Source: an uncultured Chloroflexia bacterium (GTDB taxonomy: Bacteria > Chloroflexota > Dehalococcoidia > UBA2247 > RBG-13-53-26). Taken from it: a stretch of 64,000 nucleotides of DNA. Numbering within the stretch: the first letter of the stretch is position 1; every line of letters starts with the position of its first letter. The stretch is from positions 66,008-130,007 of the forward strand of contig CAVRFM010000002.1 in assembly GCA_963720375.1 (NCBI GenBank), read 5' to 3'. The notes beneath the pieces were generated by a model that saw only the letters and a program-made list of their open reading frames with translations, was not told where the DNA came from and searched no databases. This document shows positions 9,262 through 18,056 of the stretch, piece after piece. The position numbers were made by a program, and so were the translations under genes.

Positions 9262-10938
9262 TCATCCCAATGAGTGCAGTGCTGCTCTGAAGCCAAATAG
9301 CATCGATGGGCCAATGGTGGCCCCGGCGCCACCATATGAGTGCCCCATCACCGCTGCCGAGCAGTTGCCTGTTGCATATAACCCCTCAATGGGTGAACCG
9401 TCCTGGCGAAGCACACGGGCATGGGCATCGGTATTCAAGCCGCCCTTGGTACCCAGGTCACCCGGCCAGAGTTCAATAGCATAGTACGGCGGCTTATCCA
9501 GCGGGCCGAGACACGGATTCGGCTTGACCGAAGGATCACCGTAAAAGCGGTCGATCTCATTATCCCCCCTCTTGAAGTCCAGGTCCTTCCCTGTCACGGC
9601 ATACCCATTGACCTTCTTCACCTCAGCCACCAGTGTCTGGGGATCTATACCGCACTTCTGCGCCAGCCCCTCAAGGGTATCAGCCACCTTCAAATACCCG
9701 TTCCTGATGTATTTCTTCGGCGTATACATGGGCAGCAGCGGGCTGACCGGATACTTGCTGCGGAAACGCTTATCCATAATCAGATAGGCCGGGATAGCGC
9801 CTTTTCCCTCGCGGTGACTGGCATACTGGGCCTTCACCACATCGATATAGGGAGCAGCCTCGTTGGTGAAACGTTTACCCTTCGCATTGACAATAATACA
9901 GCCAGGGAGGGACCTTTCCACAATGATCATGCTGGGCATATCCTCACCCGGCGCCAGGCTGGTGGGCATCCACCAGGCGTCATCCATGAAATCCACCGCC
10001 CCACCAACCTCCAGTCCCATTCTAATGCCATCGCCAGTATCTCCGGGATTGGCCACCGTCCACAGATCCGTGATGGGCTTCTGCTGGTACTTTTCGCGCA
10101 TGGCCTTATTATGTGCAAAGCCTCCAGCAGCCAGCACCAAACCCCTGTTGGCACCAATGCGGATAACCTGCCCGGCCTTCTCAGCCTCCAGACCAACGAC
10201 ACGACCACCCTCAACCATCAGCTTGCTGGCCCCGGTATTCAACCAGAGAGGTATATCCCGTTCAGCCAGCGACAGGCGTAGCCGGCCAATAAGTGCATTC
10301 CCCAGAGTCACACGCGTGTCCGTTTTGGACAGACTGCGCGCCGGGTTGAGGAAATAAAGGACAAACAGCCTCATGGCCTTCAGCCGTCCCACCGGCGAGG
10401 TATCCATCATCAGATGGGCATCATAGGCAGTCGCCATCATCCTGCCGAACAACCGCTCCTGGCTGGGCGACTGGCGCATCTCCGCCCGCATCTTACCCAG
10501 CTTGCGGACATTGAACGGCAGCGGCTCGATAGTGCGCCCACCACCCGGCTTGGCCCCAGAAAGGTTGGGGTAGTAATCGGCGTAGCCACGAACGATCTGG
10601 AACCGCACATGGCTGTGTGCCTCCAGGTACCTGACCATCTCTGGAGCAGTCTCGATATAGGCACGCAAGCGCTCCTCGGGAACCTTGCCTTCCGTGATGG
10701 TCTTCAGATATGTCAGCGCTTCCTCCGGAGAATCCTGCAGCCCCGCTTCCTTCATCAGATGATTGTCAGGCGCCCAGATGGCTCCGCCCGACATCGCCGT
10801 GGAACCGCCGTAGAGCGGCCCCTTCTCGATCACCAGCACATTGGCACCGCGGTCCTTGGCCATCAGGGCAGCCGTCATGCCACCACCACCGGATCCCACT
10901 ACCAGTACGTCAGATGTATAATCCCATTTTCTATCCAT
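9262..10938 (-). CDS. FAD-dependent oxidoreductase, 3-oxosteroid 1-dehydrogenase (KstD) / fumarate-reductase flavoprotein-like family
   Basis: 558 aa. N-terminal VLVVGSGGGGMTAAL dinucleotide-binding motif and C-terminal GLYATGNCSAAVMGHSYGGAGATIGPSMLFGFRAA motif typical of the FAD_binding_2 family. Confidence 0.85.
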   Translation of the reverse strand: MDRKWDYTSDVLVVGSGGGGMTAALMAKDRGANVLVIEKGPLYGGSTAMSGGAIWAPDNHLMKEAGLQDSPEEALTYLKTITEGKVPEERLRAYIETAPEMVRYLEAHSHVRFQIVRGYADYYPNLSGAKPGGGRTIEPLPFNVRKLGKMRAEMRQSPSQERLFGRMMATAYDAHLMMDTSPVGRLKAMRLFVLYFLNPARSLSKTDTRVTLGNALIGRLRLSLAERDIPLWLNTGASKLMVEGGRVVGLEAEKAGQVIRIGANRGLVLAAGGFAHNKAMREKYQQKPITDLWTVANPGDTGDGIRMGLEVGGAVDFMDDAWWMPTSLAPGEDMPSMIIVERSLPGCIIVNAKGKRFTNEAAPYIDVVKAQYASHREGKGAIPAYLIMDKRFRSKYPVSPLLPMYTPKKYIRNGYLKVADTLEGLAQKCGIDPQTLVAEVKKVNGYAVTGKDLDFKRGDNEIDRFYGDPSVKPNPCLGPLDKPPYYAIELWPGDLGTKGGLNTDAHARVLRQDGSPIEGLYATGNCSAAVMGHSYGGAGATIGPSMLFGFRAALHSLG

Positions 10939-11043
10939 GACACACCCCCACTCTACTTGGGAACAACATATCTATAACTTATGGATTCCCACTTTCGTAG
11001 GAATGACACTAACGGGACGTAATCCATGGACTAATCACCACCT

Positions 11044-11430
11044 CTACCCCATGCCCGGCAGGAACTTGTCAATCACCCCCATCAGCTTCTCCACGCTGAA
11101 CGGCTTGGTCACATAGCCATCAGCGCCCATCTCGGCACTGAACTTCTCATTAAGTTTATGGCCAATGCCGGTAACCATGATCACGGGTATGGACTTAGTG
11201 GCCGGGTCTGCCTTAATCGCATAGCAGGCGGAATAACCATCACTCCCCGGCATCATGATATCCATCAGAATAAGGTCCGGTTTCTGCATGCGTGCCGCAT
11301 TCACAGCCTCATCACCATCCGCTGCCTCGAGGACAACGTAATCCTTCCCCAGCATCCTGTTTACCAGCAAACGGATATCCGCCTCGTCATCAGCTATGAG
11401 TATCCTTTTACTGCTACCGCTACTGACCAT
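11044..11430 (-). CDS. single-domain response regulator (CheY-like receiver)
   Basis: 128 aa with ILIADDEADIRLL, a phospho-acceptor D in LILMDIMMP, and a conserved T/K. Confidence 0.8.
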   Translation of the reverse strand: MVSSGSSKRILIADDEADIRLLVNRMLGKDYVVLEAADGDEAVNAARMQKPDLILMDIMMPGSDGYSACYAIKADPATKSIPVIMVTGIGHKLNEKFSAEMGADGYVTKPFSVEKLMGVIDKFLPGMG

Positions 11431-11450
11431 CTATTCCCTCCCTTTGACCT

Positions 11451-14138
11451 TTACCTCATTTCCCCCCAATTCTTCCCCACCTTGACATCCACCTTCAACA
11501 GGACACTCAGTTCTACCGCCCGTGACATCTTCTCGCCAACCAGGCCCCTGGCCTGTTCCAGTTCCTCTTGAGGCACCTCCAGCAGCAGTTCATCATGAAC
11601 CTGTAGAATCATTTTACTCCTCAAACCGCGCCTGTCCATCTCCCGCTGCAGATCGATCATCGCCACCTTAATAATATCGGCCGCAGTACCCTGAACCGGC
11701 ATGTTGACGGCCATCCGCTCTGCCGCTTCCCTTACCTGCCGATTAGAAGCATTCATTTCAGGTATATACCTCCTCCTCCCCAACAGCGTCTCCACATAGC
11801 CCCTTTCCCTCGCCAGTCGCTTGGTGACCTCGATATAATCCTTCACTCTGGGGTACCTCTGGAAGTAAGAGGCAATAAAGCGGCCTGCCTGCTCGCGGGA
11901 AAGCTCGGTAGCCTGCTCCAGGCCGTAGTCGCTCATTCCATAGGCCACGCCGAAGTTCACCACCTTGGCTATGCGCCGCATATCCGGAGTCACCTCAGCC
12001 AGAGGAACGCCGAAAACCTCCGCAGCCGTAGCTGTATGGATATCCCTGTCCTCTTTGAATGCCTTCAGCAGGCCTGCGTCCTGAGAGAGATGTGCCAGTA
12101 TCCGCAACTCAATCTGCGAGTAGTCCCCGCTCACGAGCAGACAGTCGGGCCCGGCTATGAAGGCCTGCCTCACTTGCTTGCCCAGATCACCCCTGATCGG
12201 GATATTCTGCATATTGGGCTCACTGGAAGAGAGGCGTCCGGTGGCCGTAGCCGCCTGGTTGAAGCTGGTGTGGACCCTCCCTGTCCTTGGATTGACCATA
12301 GTCGGAAGGGCATCGATGTAGGTGGACTTCAGCTTAGTGAGCTGACGGTATTCCAGCACCAGCTTGGGCACCAGATGACCACTCCTGGCAAGCCCCTCCA
12401 GAACGGAAGCATCCGTCGAATAGCCGCTCTTCGTCTTTCTCATCCCTGGCAGCTTGAGCTCTCCAAACAGGACTCCGCTCAGTTGCTGCGGGGAATTGAG
12501 ATTGAACCGGCGCCCGGCAAAGCTGTAGATTTGCTCCTCCAACTTCAGCAACTGTTTCCCCAGGCTTTGAGACATCTCTCTGAAAAGATCAAGGTCCAGT
12601 CTCACCCCGTTCCGCTCCATGCGGGCCAGCACCGGGATCAGCGGCATCTCCACATCGTTAAACAGCTTCAACAGCCCCCGCTCTTCGAGCTCGCTCCTCA
12701 ACAGCGGCCGCAGTCTGCCAATAACCGCAGCTTCGGCACAGGCACTCCTGGCAATCTGCGGCAGGTTATCTTCGATCATCAACCCCCGCTTCGGAGCAAT
12801 CATCTCCGCCGCAGGCGTTATCTCCACACCCAGCTTCCCCAGGGCCAATGTCTTCAGCCCCAGAGATTTCTCCCCTGAGAGATACGCGGCGATCATGGTA
12901 TCGAACTCCAGGTTGACCAGCTCCATCCCGTGGTCCACAAGCCTGTTGATGATCTCCTTGCCGTCGTGGGCTACCTTGGCCACGCGCGCCTCAGCCAGCA
13001 GAGGCCGCAACCGCTCCAGGGTCTGCTTGAAGTCCAACCCCCCGTATCCCAGCGGCAGGTAGCAGGCCTCCCCTGAAGGAGTGGCCAGGGCCATGCCTGT
13101 TATCTCCGCATCCGCACCCTCCCCGGGCGGCAACACCAGGTGGATCACCAGCAGGTCACTCGCGGCAAGCTTGCCCATCATCTCTTCAAGAGCAGAAACG
13201 GTGCTGATCACAACGTATTCCTTATCCAAAGAGGGTCGGCCAGCTTCCTTCGTTGCGGTCGCTTCTCCCAGTTCGGGCAGCCTGTCCATTACTTTATAGA
13301 ACTCCAGCTCGCGGAAGAGCGGCAGCAATTTGCTGCGGTCATAGGGGGTCACCTTACAACCGGCAAGATCGAAGTCTATGGGGACCTCTGTAATAATAGT
13401 AGCCAGCCTCTTGCTCTGCCGCGCCTGCCCCTCTCCAGCCCGGAGGGTGTCCCGCAGCTTCTCCGGGGCAACCTCATTCAGATGCTCATAAACGCCTTCC
13501 ACCGTGCCGAACTGTTCAATCAGCCTGGTGGCCGTCTTCTCACCGATCCCGGTCACCCCGGGGATATTATCCGAAGGATCGCCCTTGAGGCCCTTAAGAT
13601 CAGGTAGTTGCTCCGGAGCGATGCCATACTTCTCACGGACCGCCGCCGCATCATAGAGGGTCGCCTCTCCGAAGCCCCTTTGAGGCAGCAGCACCTTCAC
13701 CTTCGGAGAAATCAGCTGCAATTCATCATTGTCGCCGCTGACAATAATGGTATCCATCCCCTGAGCCGCTGCCCGGCGGGATATCGTGCCCAGTACATCA
13801 TCGGCTTCGTAGCCATCCAGTTCAAAGATGGGAATACCGAAGGCATTCACTACCTCCCGCACCCGCCCGAATTGCCTCACCAGCTCGTCCGGCGCCTTGG
13901 GACGCTGCGCCTTGTATTCCTTAAATTCGAGGTGCCTGAATGTGGGAGTCGGGCGGTCAAAGGCGATAGCCCAGTGCGTCGGTTTGAAATCCTGAAGCAC
14001 CTTGAGCAGCATCTGGACAAAGCCATACACTGCCCCGGTCGGCTCTCCCGTCTTGCTCACCGAAAGGGGCGGCAGAGCGTGGAAAGCGCGATGTATCAGG
14101 GCATGACCATCAATGAGGATGAGAAGTGGTTTCTCCAA
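11451..14138 (-). CDS. polA: DNA polymerase I
   Basis: 895 aa with a 5'-3' exonuclease domain, a 3'-5' exonuclease-like domain and Pol A family motifs, including the RRIAKVVNFGVAYGMS motif and the VHDELLLE motif. Confidence 0.95.
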   Translation of the reverse strand: MEKPLLILIDGHALIHRAFHALPPLSVSKTGEPTGAVYGFVQMLLKVLQDFKPTHWAIAFDRPTPTFRHLEFKEYKAQRPKAPDELVRQFGRVREVVNAFGIPIFELDGYEADDVLGTISRRAAAQGMDTIIVSGDNDELQLISPKVKVLLPQRGFGEATLYDAAAVREKYGIAPEQLPDLKGLKGDPSDNIPGVTGIGEKTATRLIEQFGTVEGVYEHLNEVAPEKLRDTLRAGEGQARQSKRLATIITEVPIDFDLAGCKVTPYDRSKLLPLFRELEFYKVMDRLPELGEATATKEAGRPSLDKEYVVISTVSALEEMMGKLAASDLLVIHLVLPPGEGADAEITGMALATPSGEACYLPLGYGGLDFKQTLERLRPLLAEARVAKVAHDGKEIINRLVDHGMELVNLEFDTMIAAYLSGEKSLGLKTLALGKLGVEITPAAEMIAPKRGLMIEDNLPQIARSACAEAAVIGRLRPLLRSELEERGLLKLFNDVEMPLIPVLARMERNGVRLDLDLFREMSQSLGKQLLKLEEQIYSFAGRRFNLNSPQQLSGVLFGELKLPGMRKTKSGYSTDASVLEGLARSGHLVPKLVLEYRQLTKLKSTYIDALPTMVNPRTGRVHTSFNQAATATGRLSSSEPNMQNIPIRGDLGKQVRQAFIAGPDCLLVSGDYSQIELRILAHLSQDAGLLKAFKEDRDIHTATAAEVFGVPLAEVTPDMRRIAKVVNFGVAYGMSDYGLEQATELSREQAGRFIASYFQRYPRVKDYIEVTKRLARERGYVETLLGRRRYIPEMNASNRQVREAAERMAVNMPVQGTAADIIKVAMIDLQREMDRRGLRSKMILQVHDELLLEVPQEELEQARGLVGEKMSRAVELSVLLKVDVKVGKNWGEMR

Positions 14139-14180
14139 GCTGTGCTCTCCAGGGTGACGCCGTATTCTACAAACTAAGCA

Positions 14181-14819
14181 CTAGTATATACCCAGCACGA
14201 AGGGGTTGTGCTTGCGCTCGAAGCCAATGGTGGTCTCCGACATGTGCCCGCAGAAGACCCTTGTCTCATCGGGCAGGGTCATGAGCTTGTTGCGGATGTT
14301 CTGCATCAGCAGGTCGTAGTTGCCGCCGGGGAAATCCGTCCGCCCGATGCTCAAATTGAACAGGGTATCCCCGCAGAAGAGCACGCCATGCCCGTAGAGG
14401 CAGATGCCCCCAGGGCTGTGGCCGGCAGTATGCAGAACCTTGAAACGCAGCTCCCCCACCTCGATCACATCACCCTCCTTGAGCAGCCTGTCGGGGTCAG
14501 GAGGGGCGCGGAAGGAACCGCCCATCATCGAGCCTACCATCTGGTTGAGGCCAGCGGCCGCCTTTTTCGATCCCTCGGCTTCATGGACCGCGAAGGGGGC
14601 GCCGGTGGCTTCCTTGACCTTGGCCAGCGCACCGATATGGTCAGCGTGCATGTGAGTGGCCACAATAATCTTAATGGAAAGGCCCAACCCCTGAGCGGTC
14701 TTCAGGATCCGCCCTGATTCACCTCCGGGGTCGATGATCATTCCGTCGTGGGTCTGGTCCGAACCCACGATATAGCAGTTGGCCATAAACGGGCCTACTT
14801 CCATGCCTTGCAGAATCAT
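14181..14819 (-). CDS. MBL-fold metallo-hydrolase (glyoxalase II-like)
   Basis: 212 aa with the HMHADHIG metal-binding motif and later conserved H and D residues. Confidence 0.85.
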   Translation of the reverse strand: MILQGMEVGPFMANCYIVGSDQTHDGMIIDPGGESGRILKTAQGLGLSIKIIVATHMHADHIGALAKVKEATGAPFAVHEAEGSKKAAAGLNQMVGSMMGGSFRAPPDPDRLLKEGDVIEVGELRFKVLHTAGHSPGGICLYGHGVLFCGDTLFNLSIGRTDFPGGNYDLLMQNIRNKLMTLPDETRVFCGHMSETTIGFERKHNPFVLGIY

Positions 14820-14937
14820 AGTCCTATTCTTCCGTATTTACGTCCTCAGTGTCAAGCTTTGACACTGGGTAGCAAAGCTGATAAGTTTACCTCAACAACT
14901 GAGACTGTTTAGCGTTGATAAACAATCTCTCAATAAC

Positions 14938-16329
14938 TTGAACTTGATGCGGGAGGAGACAGGAGTGAAGGAGACTGCGAGCAGTGTTGACATGGACACC
15001 ATCGTCTCTCTATCCAAGAGACGTGGCTTCATCTTTCAATCGAGCGAAATCTACGGAGGAGCCGGGGGCTGTTGGGACTACGGCCCGCTCGGTATTGAAC
15101 TGAAGCGCAATGTGAAGGAAGCCTGGTGGAAGGCCATGGTACAGGAAAGGGACGACGTCGTGGGTATCGATGCCAGCATCCTCATGCATCCCCAGGTCTG
15201 GGTAGCCAGCGGCCACGTCCAGCAGTTCGCCGACCCGCTCGTGGAGTGCAAGTCCTGCAATTCCCGTTTCCGCGCCGACCATCTGAAAGAAAACAAATGC
15301 CCCGAATGCGGCGGCGAGCTGAGCGAACCCCGCATGTTCAACCTCATGTTCAAGACCTTCATGGGCCCGGTGGAGGATGAAGCCGCCGTCGTCTATCTGC
15401 GCCCGGAGACGGCCCAGGGCATCTTCGTCAACTTCCAGAACGTCCTCGGCACCTCCCGAAAGAAGCTCCCCTTCGGCATCGCCCAGATCGGCAAGTCCTT
15501 CCGCAATGAGATCACCACCGGCAACTTCATCTTCAGAAGCCGCGAGTTCGAGCAGATGGAGATGGAGTATTTCGTCAAGCCCGGCACCGATGAAAAGTGG
15601 TTCAAACACTGGCTCGATGAGCGTTTCAACTGGTACATCAGGCTGGGCATCCAGAAGGACCACCTCCGCCTCCGCCAGCACGATAAGCAGGAACTGGCCC
15701 ACTATGCCAAGGACTGCTACGACGTTGACTACCTCTTCCCCATGGGCTGGTCGGAACTGGAGGGCATCGCCAACCGCGGCAGCTATGACCTGGAGCAGCA
15801 CGCCAAACACAGCGGCAAGGACCTGAGCTATTTTGATGAAGAAGCCGGAGAGCGCTATGTCCCCTATATCATCGAGCCTTCAGCCGGGGTTGACCGCTCC
15901 GTGCTCGCCTTCCTCCTCGATGCTTACCACGAGGAGATGGTAGAAAAGGAAAAGCGGGTGGTGCTGCGACTGCACCCGGCCCTCGCCCCGATCAAGGTGG
16001 CCGTGCTGCCGTTGAGCCGCAATGAGAAGCTCGTCCCCATGGCCGCAGAGGTCCATAACCAGCTTCGGAAGAGCTTCATGACCCAATATGACGACTCGCA
16101 GAGCATCGGCCGGCGCTACCGCCGCCAGGATGAAATCGGCACCCCCTACTGCGTCACCATCGACTTCCAGTCCCTCGAAGACCACCAGGTCACCATCAGG
16201 GACAGGGACTCCCTCAAGCAGATCCGGGTGCCGGCGGAATCAATCAAAACAACCCTGACTGCCAAGCTGGCTGGAGAACCGTTCGATGTCCTGCCTCCCG
16301 GCGGCCGCCAGGTGATTCAGAGTCAATGA
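14938..16329 (+). CDS. glyQS: glycine--tRNA ligase, dimeric alpha2 (class II) type
   Basis: [20 protein letters not shown], class II motifs and a C-terminal anticodon-binding domain. The true start may be the ATG at 14992 (MDTIVSL...). Confidence 0.9.
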   Translation: MNLMREETGVKETASSVDMDTIVSLSKRRGFIFQSSEIYGGAGGCWDYGPLGIELKRNVKEAWWKAMVQERDDVVGIDASILMHPQVWVASGHVQQFADPLVECKSCNSRFRADHLKENKCPECGGELSEPRMFNLMFKTFMGPVEDEAAVVYLRPETAQGIFVNFQNVLGTSRKKLPFGIAQIGKSFRNEITTGNFIFRSREFEQMEMEYFVKPGTDEKWFKHWLDERFNWYIRLGIQKDHLRLRQHDKQELAHYAKDCYDVDYLFPMGWSELEGIANRGSYDLEQHAKHSGKDLSYFDEEAGERYVPYIIEPSAGVDRSVLAFLLDAYHEEMVEKEKRVVLRLHPALAPIKVAVLPLSRNEKLVPMAAEVHNQLRKSFMTQYDDSQSIGRRYRRQDEIGTPYCVTIDFQSLEDHQVTIRDRDSLKQIRVPAESIKTTLTAKLAGEPFDVLPPGGRQVIQSQ

Positions 16330-16381
16330 CCAGCCTGCATAACCTGTGACAGAAAAGCCACAGGGCTTTCACATATAGAGT

Positions 16382-16609
16382 ATGTCGAAGCTGCCGCAAG
16401 TAAATGGCGGGAGATTAATAATTGCCCTTAAGAAGAAGGGGTGGTATGTTGATCGTACCAGCGGCAGCCATGCTGTCATGAGAGACGAAGGCAGAGCCGG
16501 CACAATGGTAGTTGTCCCCGTTCATACGAAGCCGCTGAAGCCGGGGACCCTGGACCATATCTTGAAAGCAGCAGGGCTTTCAGGAGAGGAAATCAGAGAG
16601 CTTCTCTAG
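16382..16609 (+). CDS. hicA: HicA-family mRNA interferase toxin
   Basis: 75 aa containing GSHAVMRDEGRAGTMVVVPVHTKPLKPGTLDHILKAAGL, the HicA dsRBD-like motif. Confidence 0.75.
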   Translation: MSKLPQVNGGRLIIALKKKGWYVDRTSGSHAVMRDEGRAGTMVVVPVHTKPLKPGTLDHILKAAGLSGEEIRELL

Positions 16610-16616
16610 GAGGCTA

Positions 16617-16850
16617 ATGATGCCGAAGTACACCATCATCCTTGTGCCCGAAGAAGAGGGCGGCTACTGTGTGGAGGTGCCTGCTCTCCCCGGCTGCTGC
16701 ACTCAAGGAGAAACCAGGGAGGAGGCGATAGCCATGGCCAAAGAGGCTATCGAGTTATACCTGCAATCGTGCAAGGAGCACTGCGAGCCCATGCCTGAAG
16801 AATCGGGCGTCGAATCCGTGGTTATTGAAGTCAAGGAGCCGTCAGCCTAG
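16617..16850 (+). CDS. hicB: HicB-family antitoxin (UPF0150)
   Basis: 77 aa containing YTIILVPEEEGGYCVEVPALPGCCTQGETREEAIAMAKEAIELYL. It lies 8 nt downstream of hicA. Confidence 0.75.
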   Translation: MMPKYTIILVPEEEGGYCVEVPALPGCCTQGETREEAIAMAKEAIELYLQSCKEHCEPMPEESGVESVVIEVKEPSA

Positions 16851-16895
16851 GCTCACTGTCCACCGGGCACATCTGCCAGACGCCAACCGCTGCGG

Positions 16896-17645
16896 TTAGC
16901 CCATCCCTTCCAGAAAGGCCCTGACATTCCTCCCCAGGACGTCGTGATTGTAGCCGCCTTCGAGAACCCCGAACCTTTTCCCCTGGCACGCCCTTTCGGC
17001 GAACCCCTTCACCAGCCTGCCGATGGCCTGGTAGTCCTCCGTCTTCAGCATGCCTCCCCAGTCGTCCTCATGCCTGTCGAAGCCAGCGGAAACCGCCACT
17101 ATGTCCGCCCTGGCCTCACTCAGAAACTGCGAGATATCGTCCACAAACTGTCGCCTGTCCCTCGTGCCGGGCTGGAAGTAGGTCACCTCTGAAACGCCAT
17201 TAAAGATATTGGCCGTGCCGTCCCCGTAATGCAGGTCTATGTCCAGGATCAGCGCCGATGTGATCTTACCCTCTTTCCGCAACCTGGCTATGGCTATGGC
17301 CACATTATTGAAAAAGCAGAAGCCCCAGCAGTGCCCCTGGCTGGCGTGATGGCCCGGCGGTCTGATCAGGCCGAAGGCCGGCTCGCCGGCCGCTGCCAGA
17401 TCTGCTGCCTTGATCGCCCCTCCCGCCGCCAGCAGCGCGATCTCATAGGCCAGGCCCGTGCTCTGAACCAGCCGCAGATGCTCCTCTGTATGGACCAGCC
17501 GTATATCGTCCGGCGTCGCTGGCTCCGGTTTAACCAGGTCATAATAGGGCGTAATCTCCCTCAGCATGCCCTCCATCCGCCCTGCCTCGGCAGCAGGATC
17601 GTTCTCATAGACCTCCTCATACCTAGGGTGATACACCACTTTCAT
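16896..17645 (-). CDS. histone deacetylase / acetoin-utilisation AcuC-like family protein (short form)
   Basis: 249 aa containing HHASQGHCWGFCFFNN and a DIDLHYGDGT metal-binding motif. Confidence 0.75.
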   Translation of the reverse strand: MKVVYHPRYEEVYENDPAAEAGRMEGMLREITPYYDLVKPEPATPDDIRLVHTEEHLRLVQSTGLAYEIALLAAGGAIKAADLAAAGEPAFGLIRPPGHHASQGHCWGFCFFNNVAIAIARLRKEGKITSALILDIDLHYGDGTANIFNGVSEVTYFQPGTRDRRQFVDDISQFLSEARADIVAVSAGFDRHEDDWGGMLKTEDYQAIGRLVKGFAERACQGKRFGVLEGGYNHDVLGRNVRAFLEGMG

Positions 17646-17979
17646 CTATGCCCCCATGTTCAGCAGGCCAGCCATGTCTTTCCTGGTCAAGATTAAAGTG
17701 CCCATATCGAACTCCGATATTACCCTGCCAACCGCCTCATGGCAAGTACAGGGCAAGGCGCTGAGCTGGAAGAACGCCCCACTCCAATAATGGGAACACT
17801 ATGCCGAAGATGGATGCTAAGTTGTGAAGCAAGAGCACCAAAGGACTTCCTTTTGAAGCAGTGATATGCTCCATCCCTCTCAGCCCGAAGTTTAATATCC
17901 TCGGCAGCCCATCTCTGTGGGCAGATCGTATATGCACTGATAGCATAGGCGTAAAGCCTACAGTGACAAAGCATATTAG

Positions 17980-18009
17980 TTGTTATTATTTAACATAAGT
18001 CAGTATAAT
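17980..18009 (+). promoter_or_regulatory. candidate sigma70-like promoter upstream of the sensor kinase
   Basis: TTGTTA, an 18-bp spacer and TATAAT at 18004-18009. It lies 48 nt upstream of the ATG at 18057, which has a GGGGGGAGG RBS. Confidence 0.35.
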
Positions 18010-18056
18010 GATGCAGTCCTTGGAGTCCTTCGACGACTATTGGGGGGAGGTGGACC

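Noticed and set aside
12036-13607. Several plus-strand ORFs (280, 147, 155 aa) within polA
   Set aside because: Antisense or shadow frames of DNA polymerase I. No motifs.
15010-15810. 266-aa minus-strand ORF inside glyQS
   Set aside because: Antisense to a confidently assigned glycyl-tRNA synthetase. Typical high-GC shadow ORF.
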